64,000 bases of DNA. It comes from Acidimicrobiaceae bacterium. Lineage in GTDB: Bacteria > Actinomycetota > Acidimicrobiia > Acidimicrobiales > Aldehydirespiratoraceae. Under the pieces are notes generated by a model. It was given only the letters and a program-made list of their open reading frames with translations, was not told where the DNA came from and searched no databases. Positions within the stretch are counted from its first letter, which is position 1. Every line of letters begins with the position of its first letter. Location of the stretch: the NCBI GenBank assembly GCA_026706815.1, contig JAPOYA010000005.1:2720-66719 (forward strand), written 5' to 3'. Shown in pieces: positions 20,859 to 28,851 of the stretch. The position numbers and the translations under genes were made by a program.

Positions 20859-20931
20859 TCCGGGGTAGCTCAGCTGGCAGAGCGCTCGGCTGTTAACCGA
20901 ATTGTCGTGGGTTCGATCCCCACCCCCGGAG
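20859..20931 (+). tRNA. tRNA-Asn (anticodon GTT); CCA is encoded at 20932-20934
   Basis: Hand-folded cloverleaf: acceptor TCCGGGG/CCCCGGA, anticodon loop CTGTTAA, T-arm GTGGG-TTCGATC-CCCAC. Confidence 0.9.
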
Positions 20932-20980
20932 CCAACGAAGCGGACTGCACTTCGGTGCGGTCGGCTTCGCGAGCGCGTCA

Positions 20981-22196
20981 TCATAGGAGTGATGTCGCGG
21001 TGTCGTCGGCCAAGTTGATGAGCCGCTTTCGGATAGCCGTGCTCTCAGCGGCAAGGTCCACGGTGGCAAAGTGGATTCTGTGTCCTTGAATCACCGCGGA
21101 CTCGTCAACATCCTCGCCGACAGCTGGATGCAGCAACAGCCCCGATGAGTTGAGAGACGAGGGATCACCGTCGCGCTCCTGAGACATCAGGTAAGCGTAG
21201 ATCTGGTAGATGTAGCCGCTCTTGAGGGTCGCCGTCCTGTGATAGCCCGGCTTCAGGATTTCGGTGAACTTGGTGTCGATGACTGTGCGATGCCGACGCC
21301 CTGCTTCGTCGGGTGGGCCCTCCAAGACGATGTCGGTTTGCATCTTCGGAAAGATCTCGTCGATGTGCGGCGTCTTGGTCTCGGACTCCATAAGCCACTC
21401 GATGCGCTCACCGGTTTCGACTCTCCAACCCCTAGGTGTGAGAACTGTGCTGTAGAAGCCCCCTACGGCCTTCTCGAACAATCTCCTAGCCCACGCCTCG
21501 TCCCTGTCGGGCGCGGGCAGGTGGGAGCGACCGGGATACTCGGTGGGCATACCCAGACTGAAAGCCAACTCGGCTGCGGACCCGTTCCTCGGGCAGCCCG
21601 TATATCGCCTCAAGCAGGGCCGGTCGATCATCGCGGAAGGCGAGCAGTCTGTCCGCGAACGCCGAATAGAACGAAGTCCACGAGAACCGGCCCTCCAGTT
21701 CAGCGTCGTCGCCGAACTTGTCACGCCAAGGGGGAAGGTTGCGGAACTTGTCGATCTCTTGGACCCGTCCACTGAACGTGAAGTCGATCAGACTCCTGAA
21801 CTCAAACGTGTTTTGTGAAACCTTCCAGACGGTGCGGCGGTTTGTGAAGAAGTACCACTCCCGTTGCGGTTCGATTGGTTGCCAATCCACTTTGAGTCGT
21901 CGCCCGTCGCCAAGATTCTCGGTTACCGAGCCGACCGCCTTGATTGCCATCACAGCGACATGGTGTCCGCGATTGTCGAAGGGCAGGTCGTTCTTCCGTG
22001 TGTAGGCGGACTTGATGGCAATGCGGTCGCCCACTTCGACGGACTTGACCAGATCCAAGAAGCGGTCCTCGTAACCGTTCACCCATACGCCCTCGCGGAC
22101 GAAGCGGTTGGTTTGGTCGTCGGTATGGCCTTCCCCCCAAGAGGCGCCCACGAACCAGGCCGGGCGGGCTTCAGCCGGTTCAGGTACTTCGGTCAT
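20981..22196 (-). pseudogene. mcrBC (type IV restriction) deletion remnant: McrB N-terminal region fused out of frame to the McrC C-terminal nuclease region
   Basis: ORF 21486..22196 has a McrB-like N-terminal DNA-binding and linker pattern (RFSWTSFYSAFADRLLAFRDDRPALLEAI) but no GTPase/AAA+ motifs. Overlapping ORF 20981..21772, in another frame, has the McrC C-terminus (LFEKAVGGFY...QTDIVLE...VIDTKFT...YIYQIYAY...LLLHP). The frames switch near 21580. The locus is about 1.2 kb, against more than 3 kb expected for an intact pair. Confidence 0.6.
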
Positions 22197-22269
22197 GGGC
22201 GGCCTCCGGAGTTCTTGGCGGATACGGCGTCGCCGTCGTTCGAGACACTGACGACAAAAAGAGGGTAAC

Positions 22270-22369
22270 CAGCTCGTGTGACACAGTCGTCACCGAAAGC
22301 AGCCCGCTGCACAGCCAGACGACGGGAGGAGCGGGCTGACCGGCTCGTGTGACACAGTCGTCACCGAAA
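22270..22369. repeat. 27-bp exact direct repeat (GCTCGTGTGACACAGTCGTCACCGAAA) x2 flanking a 9-bp-stem hairpin
   Basis: The copies lie at about 22272-22298 and about 22343-22369. Between them is CAGCCCGCT...AGCGGGCTG. The structure sits just upstream of tRNA-Met. Confidence 0.6.
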
Positions 22370-22411
22370 AGGGCTGGGCAGGTTCGCAGGTGTTGGCGGT
22401 AGTGTCTCGTT

Positions 22412-22484
22412 GGGCTCGTAGCTCAGTGGTCAGAGCAGAGGACTCATAATCCTTCGGTCGTGGGTTCGATCCCCACCGAGCCCA
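22412..22484 (+). tRNA. tRNA-Met (anticodon CAT; elongator type, tRNA-Ile2 not excluded)
   Basis: Hand-folded cloverleaf: acceptor GGGCTCG/CGAGCCC, anticodon loop CTCATAA, T-arm GTGGG-TTCGATC-CCCAC. No CCA is encoded. Confidence 0.9.
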
Positions 22485-22580
22485 CTATAGGCTCCATTGG
22501 TCGCTGGCCGGATGGCTAACGGCGACTGACAGCGATGTTCAAGGGCCTCACAGAGGTTTCGGATCAAACCACGAAAGGCA

Positions 22581-23900
22581 ATGACCATGAGTAACGACTG
22601 GGGTTTTGAGACCCGCCAAATTCATGCGGGCCAAGAAGCCGACCCGGCCACTGGTTCCCGCGCCGTGCCGATCTATCAGACCACCGCCTACCAGTTCCGT
22701 GACTCCGATCACGCCAGGGACCTGTTCGCGCTGGCTGAGATCGGCAACATCTACACCCGGATAATGAACCCGACACAGGCCGTGGTGGAAGCCCGCCTCG
22801 CAAGCCTTGAAGGCGGCACTGACACCGCAGTCGGCATTCCCGGGGCACTCGCGCTGTCGTCGGGCCAAGCGGCTGAGACCTTGGCGATCCTGAACCTGGC
22901 CGAGTCCGGTGACCACATCGTGTCGGCGGCGGCCCTCTACGGCGGGACCTACAACCTCTTCCACCACACCCTGCCGAAGATGGGGATCGACTGCACCTTC
23001 ATCGACGACGCCGACGACCCCGACGCCTGGCAGTCGGCCACGCAACCCAATACCAAGGCGTATTACTGCGAGTCGATCGGCAACCCGAAGAACAACGTGG
23101 TCGACATCGCCAAGGTCGCAGACGTCGCCCATGCCAACAATGTGCCGCTCATCGTCGACAACACTGTGGCCACCCCGTATCTGATCCGCCCCCTCGAGCA
23201 CGGCGCAGACATCGTCGTCCATTCGGCGACGAAGTTCATCGGCGGCCACGGCACCGCAATCGCCGGCGTGATCGTCGACGGAGGCAGTTTCGATTTCGCA
23301 GCGTCCGGCAAGCATCCGATGTTCACCGAGCCGGACCCCAGCTACCACGGTCTGGCCTACTGGCCGGCACTCGGCCCGGGGTCCTACATCATCAAGGCCC
23401 GAGTGCAGCTCTTGCGCGACATAGGAGCGGCTATTTCACCGTTCAACGCCTTCCTGCTGCTGCAGGGCCTGGAGACGCTGAGCCTGCGGATGGAACGCCA
23501 CTTCTCCAACTCGAACGCAGTCGTCGACTACCTCGCATCCCACGAGCAGGTCGAGTCGGTCGCCTATGCGGGCCTGCCCGACTCGCCCTGGCATGCCATC
23601 GCCAACGAGCTCGGAGAGGGGAGGGGATACGGCTCGGTGCCCGCCTTTGTGATCAAGGGCGGACTCGAAGCGGGCAAGAAATTCGTCGAGGCCCTCGAGC
23701 TTCACAGCCACCTGGCCAACATAGGCGACACGCGCAGCCTGGTGATCCAGCCTGCGGCCACCACCCACTCCCAGCTCACTCCCGAAGAACAGGAGTCGAC
23801 CGGCGTCACTGCGGGGTTGGTGAGGCTGTCTGTGGGCCTCGAGTCGATCGACGACATCATCGCGGACCTCGACAAGGGATTTGCCGCAGCTGCTTCGTGA
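22581..23900 (+). CDS. metY: O-acetylhomoserine aminocarboxypropyltransferase / sulfhydrylase (PLP-dependent)
   Basis: 439-aa ORF with the FETRQIHAGQEADPATGSRAVPIYQTTAYQF N-terminus and a PLP-lysine region (HSATKFIGGHG). Confidence 0.9.
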   Translation: MTMSNDWGFETRQIHAGQEADPATGSRAVPIYQTTAYQFRDSDHARDLFALAEIGNIYTRIMNPTQAVVEARLASLEGGTDTAVGIPGALALSSGQAAETLAILNLAESGDHIVSAAALYGGTYNLFHHTLPKMGIDCTFIDDADDPDAWQSATQPNTKAYYCESIGNPKNNVVDIAKVADVAHANNVPLIVDNTVATPYLIRPLEHGADIVVHSATKFIGGHGTAIAGVIVDGGSFDFAASGKHPMFTEPDPSYHGLAYWPALGPGSYIIKARVQLLRDIGAAISPFNAFLLLQGLETLSLRMERHFSNSNAVVDYLASHEQVESVAYAGLPDSPWHAIANELGEGRGYGSVPAFVIKGGLEAGKKFVEALELHSHLANIGDTRSLVIQPAATTHSQLTPEEQESTGVTAGLVRLSVGLESIDDIIADLDKGFAAAAS

Positions 23901-23961
23901 ACGGTAACGTCCGCTTGTGGACAACAGAGGTGCAACAGGGGTGAAAGAAGGTGAATGAGCG

Positions 23962-24408
23962 ATGTTGAGCAAAGGTGATCTGGTCGGCGATTTCAGTTTG
24001 CAGGACCAGCACGGCAACACCGTGACGTTGGACGACTTGGTTGCGTCGGGACCGTTGGTCCTGTTCTTCTACTACAAGGCGATGACCTACAGTTGAACTA
24101 GGCAAAGCTGCAGTTTCCGCGACTTGAAGTCGGAGTTCACTGAACTCAACGCCAAGGTTGTGGGGATCAGCCCCGATTCGGTGAATCGGCAAAGACAATT
24201 CGATGAGGAGCACACGCTGGATTTTCCCCTGCTCTCGGACGCGGGGGGGGGGGGCTCGGTCGCGAGCCTGTTCGGCGTCAAGCGTCTCCGCCGGTGCAGC
24301 TTCGTCATCGGTCAGGACCGACGGGTGATTCACGCGTTCCGCAGCGAGATCAATATGACTGCCCACGCAGACAAGGCTCTGGCGGCCCTGCGAGAGTCGC
24401 CCGCTTAG
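23962..24408 (+). CDS. bcp: Bcp-type peroxiredoxin read in a single frame, with an in-frame TGA (24094-24096) at the peroxidatic-Cys position; selenoprotein candidate or pseudogene
   Basis: Own translation: MLSKGDLVGDFSLQDQHGNTVTLDDLVASGPLVLFFYYKAMTYS-TGA-TRQSCSFRDLKSEFTELNAKVVGIS...FPLLSD...HADKALAAL. It is collinear with mycobacterial BcpB as I recall it ([20 protein letters not shown]). The track shows only the downstream part (24124..24408). Confidence 0.6.
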
Positions 24409-24464
24409 GCTGGGCTGGCCGGGCCAAGGATCAGGGCCAAGGATCAGGCCGGGGGCAGGACTTC

Positions 24465-25121
24465 TCAGAGTTCGTCAATCCAGGCCGGCGCGTGGTCCAA
24501 CAGGAATTCGGCCACGTTGGAACAACGGTCGAGCACATCGCACAGCACGTCTCGTCCGAAGAAGATCCTCGTCAGTTCCACCTCGACCCGGGCAACGATG
24601 CTGATTGCCCTGACCGGTCCGTCAGAAACCGCGGCGAAACTGTCGAGCGCGCTCACTTCGAGCGGCAACTCGGTGGAACCGACGCCTGCGAGGTCGGTCG
24701 CCAAGATGAGCAGGTCGGGAGCATGGGGCAGCGGCGGCAGGGCGAAGCTGACCGTCAGGGGCAGGCGGATATCCCCAGAAGGCTCACCGCCCTCGCCGAC
24801 GCGGATCAACTCGTCTTCGAACATGATCAGCGAACGCGGGTCGACTTCTAGGGCGATGTGCATGTCCAACGGACCGTCACAGGCCCGGTCGGGGTGCAGG
24901 TCGACCTCCCAGGTCTGCCTGTTGGTGTAAGTCTCGATGAAGTGCCGCTCATCGTGGACGTGGAATCCGTGTTCAACCACATGGTCCTTGAGATCGGCGA
25001 CGAATCCCTGTAGGTCGATGACTGCCATTGCCATTAGCTTGCCATGCCCTGGCGCATATCGTGCGGGGCGGCGGCTGTATTGTCTGATCAGTCTCATTGT
25101 CTGATTCAGTGTCCGTGGCAA
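24465..25121 (-). CDS. hypothetical protein
   Basis: 218-aa ORF convergent with bcp. No family was recognised. The likely start is the internal MAMAVIDL. Confidence 0.4.
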   Translation of the reverse strand: MPRTLNQTMRLIRQYSRRPARYAPGHGKLMAMAVIDLQGFVADLKDHVVEHGFHVHDERHFIETYTNRQTWEVDLHPDRACDGPLDMHIALEVDPRSLIMFEDELIRVGEGGEPSGDIRLPLTVSFALPPLPHAPDLLILATDLAGVGSTELPLEVSALDSFAAVSDGPVRAISIVARVEVELTRIFFGRDVLCDVLDRCSNVAEFLLDHAPAWIDEL

Positions 25122-25171
25122 ATCAGAAGCGGGGAAGGAGCGAGGTGGGAGCGGTGCGAGAGACGGGAGAG

Positions 25172-26065
25172 ATGCTTGGCTTGAACGCGGATGAGGTGCT
25201 CGCGGATGAGGTGCTCGCGGTCCTTCATGACGCCGCCGATGCAGTGGTAGCAGCCTTCTCGGACCACCGCGACTGGGGGAAGTCGGGATTGCGCCATGAT
25301 CAGTACGTGCCGGATCTTGTCGCTGACGAAGCGGTGCTCGGCGTGCTGGGAGCCGCGGGCATCAGGGTTCTCAGCGAAGAGAGCGGCCTCGGGCCCGAGC
25401 GGCCCGGTGAGCGCAGCGAGCCTGAGCGGGGTGGCCTCGGGCCCGAGCGGCCCGGTGAGCGCAGCGAGCCTGAGCGGGGTGACCCGGGGCCCGAGCGGCC
25501 CGGGCTGCCGGGCGGGGGACTGGTGGCGGTGGTCGATCCTCTCGACGGCTCGACCAATGCCTCGTTGCCGCTCCCATGGTTCGCGACGAGCCTGTGTGTG
25601 GTCGACGACGACGGCCCATGGGTTGCTGTCGTCCACGACCACCCGGGCAAGCGGCGCTACACGGCAATCCGCGGTCGGGGGGCCGATCTTGACGGCGTCG
25701 CGCTCCAGATCCCCCCGGCGGTCGAGTTCTCCGAAGCAGTCGTGGCGGTCAACGGTCTGCCGCCCGCGTCGCCCGGCTGGTGGCAGTTCCGCACCATGGG
25801 ATCCTGCGCTCTCGAATTATGTGCCGTGGCCGATGGCCGTTTCGCCGGATTCGTCGACTTCGCCGACACTCTCCATGTTTGGGACTACCTGGGCGCCGTG
25901 CTGATCTGCCGCGAAGTCGGCGTGGAGGTGCTGGACGCCGAGGGCCGGGACTTGGCGTGTATCGACCACAGGGCTCAGCGGTCGCCGGTTGCCGCTCCGT
26001 CGGCGCTGTTGCAGAACCTTTTGGAGCTCCGGCGAGCTGCCGGTCAGGAACGTTCAGGCCAGTAG
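25172..26065 (+). CDS. inositol monophosphatase family protein with an in-frame tandem-repeat insertion
   Basis: The track ORF is 25097..26065. The start was set to the ATG at 25172. IMPase motifs LSEESG and VVDPLDGSTNA are separated by GLGPERPGERSEPERG repeats. Confidence 0.8.
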   Translation: MLGLNADEVLADEVLAVLHDAADAVVAAFSDHRDWGKSGLRHDQYVPDLVADEAVLGVLGAAGIRVLSEESGLGPERPGERSEPERGGLGPERPGERSEPERGDPGPERPGLPGGGLVAVVDPLDGSTNASLPLPWFATSLCVVDDDGPWVAVVHDHPGKRRYTAIRGRGADLDGVALQIPPAVEFSEAVVAVNGLPPASPGWWQFRTMGSCALELCAVADGRFAGFVDFADTLHVWDYLGAVLICREVGVEVLDAEGRDLACIDHRAQRSPVAAPSALLQNLLELRRAAGQERSGQ

Positions 26066-26188
26066 CGAATCTGCGGTTGTGCCCGGTCTCATTTGCGCTA
26101 GATTTGTGCGCGAACCACTGACCCAGGCCGCAATCCGACGTTGCGCGCCACCGATACGGGTCTGGTCACACTGGAAGGGAACAAATCA

Positions 26189-27298
26189 ATGAACAAGAAC
26201 AGTAAGTTGCTGCGTCTTCTCGCGGTGTTGTTCGCCATCGTCCTCATAGGCGCTGCCTGCGGCGACGATGACGACGGCGACGACGCAGAACCCACCGAGA
26301 CCACCCCGACGGAGACTGCCGCCCCTGTCGAGGACGACATGGACGAAGACGAAGGCGGACGCTTGGCCGCGGTGATCGAGCGCGGCGCCGTCAACTGCGG
26401 CGTCAACGACACGCTTCCCGGGTTCGGCATCGTCAGCGCAGACGGCGCCAATGAGGGCTTCGACATCGACTTCTGCCGTGTGGTGGCCGCAGCCGTGCTC
26501 GGCGACGCCGCCGCTGTGAACTACACGCCCCTCGACGCCTCCCAGCGTTTCCCGACGCTGCAGTCCGGCGAGATCGACCTGCTGATCCGCAACACCACTT
26601 GGACAGCGAGCCGCGACGGCAACGAGCAGGCGAACTTCCTGGCCACCACATTCTTCGACGGCCAGGGATTCATGGTTCGCGACGACAGCCCGATCCAGTC
26701 AGTGGCCGACATGTCCAACACCAACATCTGTGTGCTCCAGGGCACCACGACGCTGCTGAACCTCAACTCGGTGCTCGCTGACATGGGCGTGCCCTTCAGC
26801 CCAGTCGAGTTCCAGTCCAACAATGAGCTCCAACCGGCCTTCGTCGCCGGGCAGTGCGAGGTGTGGACTTCCGACGCCTCCCAGTTGGCGGCCTTCTCGG
26901 CCACGCTCGACGTCGGCACCCGCGTCCTGAGCGACATCATCTCCAAGGAGCCACTCGGGCCAGTGGTGGCCGATGGCGACACTGAGTGGGCACAGGTTGT
27001 GAACTGGGCCACTATGGCCACGATCCAGGCCGAGGAGTTCGGCATCACCTCGAGCAACATCGACGACTTCGCTGACAGCGAGAACTCCAACATCCGCAGG
27101 TTCCTCGGTCTTCCGATAGAGGGAGAGATCGCGGAAGTCGGTCTCGGCCTGCCCACCGACTTCGCTACTCAGATCGTCAGCCAGGTGGGCAACTACGGCG
27201 AGATCTACGAGCGCAACCTCGGGCCGCTGGGCCTCGAGCGCGGCGTCAACGCCCTGTGGACCGACGGCGGCCTGATGTACGTCCCGCCCTTCCGGTAA
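26189..27298 (+). CDS. amino-acid ABC transporter substrate-binding lipoprotein (AapJ/BztA-like)
   Basis: The track ORF is 26141..27298. The start was set to the ATG at 26189 after a GGAAGGGA RBS. The signal peptide has lipobox LIGAAC. Family-3 SBP pattern; it leads a four-gene ABC operon. Confidence 0.85.
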   Translation: MNKNSKLLRLLAVLFAIVLIGAACGDDDDGDDAEPTETTPTETAAPVEDDMDEDEGGRLAAVIERGAVNCGVNDTLPGFGIVSADGANEGFDIDFCRVVAAAVLGDAAAVNYTPLDASQRFPTLQSGEIDLLIRNTTWTASRDGNEQANFLATTFFDGQGFMVRDDSPIQSVADMSNTNICVLQGTTTLLNLNSVLADMGVPFSPVEFQSNNELQPAFVAGQCEVWTSDASQLAAFSATLDVGTRVLSDIISKEPLGPVVADGDTEWAQVVNWATMATIQAEEFGITSSNIDDFADSENSNIRRFLGLPIEGEIAEVGLGLPTDFATQIVSQVGNYGEIYERNLGPLGLERGVNALWTDGGLMYVPPFR

Positions 27299-27321
27299 GC
27301 CACTAGCGCTCAGCCGACTCT

Positions 27322-27378
27322 GCAAGACGATTCCGGCCGACCCTCGAAGAGTTTCGGGGGTCGCCGGGATCGTCTTGC
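27322..27378 (+). promoter_or_regulatory. long imperfect intercistronic hairpin after the SBP gene
   Basis: GCAAGACGATTCCGGCCGACCC-tcgaagagtttc-GGGGGTCGCCGGGATCGTCTTGC forms a stem of about 20 bp with two irregularities. No T-tract follows it. Confidence 0.5.
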
Positions 27379-27386
27379 GCGTCCGC

Positions 27387-27456
27387 ATTGTCGAAACAGA
27401 CCGTCGAGCAAATTGTCGAAACGGGAAACAGATTGTTGAAACAGATTTTCTGAAAT
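27387..27456 (+). promoter_or_regulatory. three direct repeats ATTGT(C/T)GAAAC in an AT-richer spacer before the permease genes
   Basis: Copies lie at 27387-27399, 27412-24 and 27432-44, followed by ATTTTCTGAAAT. Confidence 0.4.
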
Positions 27457-27566
27457 ACTCCGCGGGGTGAACAACCTGCGTTACTGTTCGGTTGCCGGTC
27501 ACCCGCCGATAGACCGGTGCATCAACCGGTACATCAAGACGTGCAGAGAGGGGGCGAGAAGCACAG

Positions 27567-28838
27567 ATGCTCGGCAGGCTGCTGTTGTTGGTGATCGCCT
27601 TAGTGCTGGCGGCAGCAGTTTTCCTTGTCGGTCGCTATGCCATCGACAAGGCCACCCGCCGCGACACCTCTGATCGGCCTCCTCCGTGGCGCGACCTGAA
27701 TGTGCTGTCGTTGGCTGCCCAGGTTGTCGCTCTCGGGCTCATCGTCACCGTCGGCGCTTGGCTGTGGAGCAATTTCAGGGACCGCACCGACGCCATCGGC
27801 CTCGAGCTCACTTTTGATTTTCTGGATCAGCCCTCGGGAATCTCCATCGCCGACAACCCGCTCAGCTCGGATGCGGGCATCCGCGATGCGCTGCAGCAAG
27901 GGGTCAAGAACACGTTCTTGATCATCCTTTTGGGGATTCCTCTCTCTGTGCTGTTCGGAACCCTCATCGGCATCGCCCGGCTGTCGACCAACTGGCTGTT
28001 GCGCAAGCTGGCAACCGCATACGTCGAGTTCTTCAGGAACATCCCGCCCCTGTTGGTGATTGTGTTCCTGTGGGGCGCGGTATTCCTCAACTTTCCGATC
28101 GGGGCCAGTCCGACAGCAGAGGCTGCGTGGCGTCCCTTAGGCGGCTGGTTCATCTTCAGCAACAGCAGATTCGCGTTTCCCTCCATCATCGGATTGGACA
28201 ACTTCGGGCTCTACCAACTGCTGATTGCGGCCAGCGTCGTCGCGTCCGTCGGAGTCTGGGTGTGGCGGACCCGGGTGTTCAACAACACGGGTGTGCCCCA
28301 CCGCAGGGCGCTGTGGTCCTTGGCGACCTTGGTCGTGCTCGGAGCAGCGTTCTTCTTTGCCTTGGGAGGGCCTTTCGAGTTCTCCAAGACCACTGTCGAG
28401 GATCGGGTCTGGTCGGGGGGATTCCGGATGCAGATGCCCTATGCGGCGGTGATGTCGGCGCTTGTCATCTACACGGCTTCCCATATCTCCGAGATTGTTC
28501 GGGGCAGCATCTTGGCGGTACACAGGGGACAGGTGGAGGCCTCCCATGCTCTGGCCCTCAACGGTTTGCAGCGGTACCGGTTCGTGGTGCTGCCCCAAGC
28601 CTTCAGGATCGCTTTCCCGCCGTTGATCAACCAGTTCCTCAACTACACGAAGAACTCCTCATTGGCGGTCGCCATCGGTTTCGCCGAGCTCACTTCGATC
28701 ACCAACAACCTGTTCGGGAACTCTCAGCCGGCGCCGCAACTGACGTTGATCCTCATGGCCGTCTACCTGTTCTTCTCGTTGGTCCTGTCGGCGATGGGCA
28801 ACCTGGTCAACCGTCGCCTCCAGTTGAAGGGGGCATGA
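27567..28838 (+). CDS. amino-acid ABC transporter permease (AapQ/BztB-like)
   Basis: 423-aa multi-TM ORF with a His/Glu/Gln-type permease signature region (ASHISEIVRGSILAVHRGQVEASHALAL). Confidence 0.85.
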   Translation: MLGRLLLLVIALVLAAAVFLVGRYAIDKATRRDTSDRPPPWRDLNVLSLAAQVVALGLIVTVGAWLWSNFRDRTDAIGLELTFDFLDQPSGISIADNPLSSDAGIRDALQQGVKNTFLIILLGIPLSVLFGTLIGIARLSTNWLLRKLATAYVEFFRNIPPLLVIVFLWGAVFLNFPIGASPTAEAAWRPLGGWFIFSNSRFAFPSIIGLDNFGLYQLLIAASVVASVGVWVWRTRVFNNTGVPHRRALWSLATLVVLGAAFFFALGGPFEFSKTTVEDRVWSGGFRMQMPYAAVMSALVIYTASHISEIVRGSILAVHRGQVEASHALALNGLQRYRFVVLPQAFRIAFPPLINQFLNYTKNSSLAVAIGFAELTSITNNLFGNSQPAPQLTLILMAVYLFFSLVLSAMGNLVNRRLQLKGA

Positions 28839-28851
28839 TGGAAGGGGGGAC

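Noticed and set aside
20901-22474. Identical 21-bp T-arm sequence in tRNA-Asn and tRNA-Met as att sites of an excisable islet.
   Set aside because: T-arm conservation between tRNAs is common and no recombinase is present. It is kept only as a remark within the mcrBC finding.
22485-22580. Possible SAM riboswitch upstream of metY.
   Set aside because: Only about 95 nt lie between tRNA-Met and the start codon. I could not fit the SAM-I or SAM-IV conserved cores; only a short GCTGGCCGG resemblance and a 5-bp hairpin are present.
25385-25504. Tandem repeats here and at 31257, 32219 and 32783 considered as CRISPR arrays.
   Set aside because: The units are contiguous with no unique spacers, most are in-frame coding repeats, and no cas genes are present.
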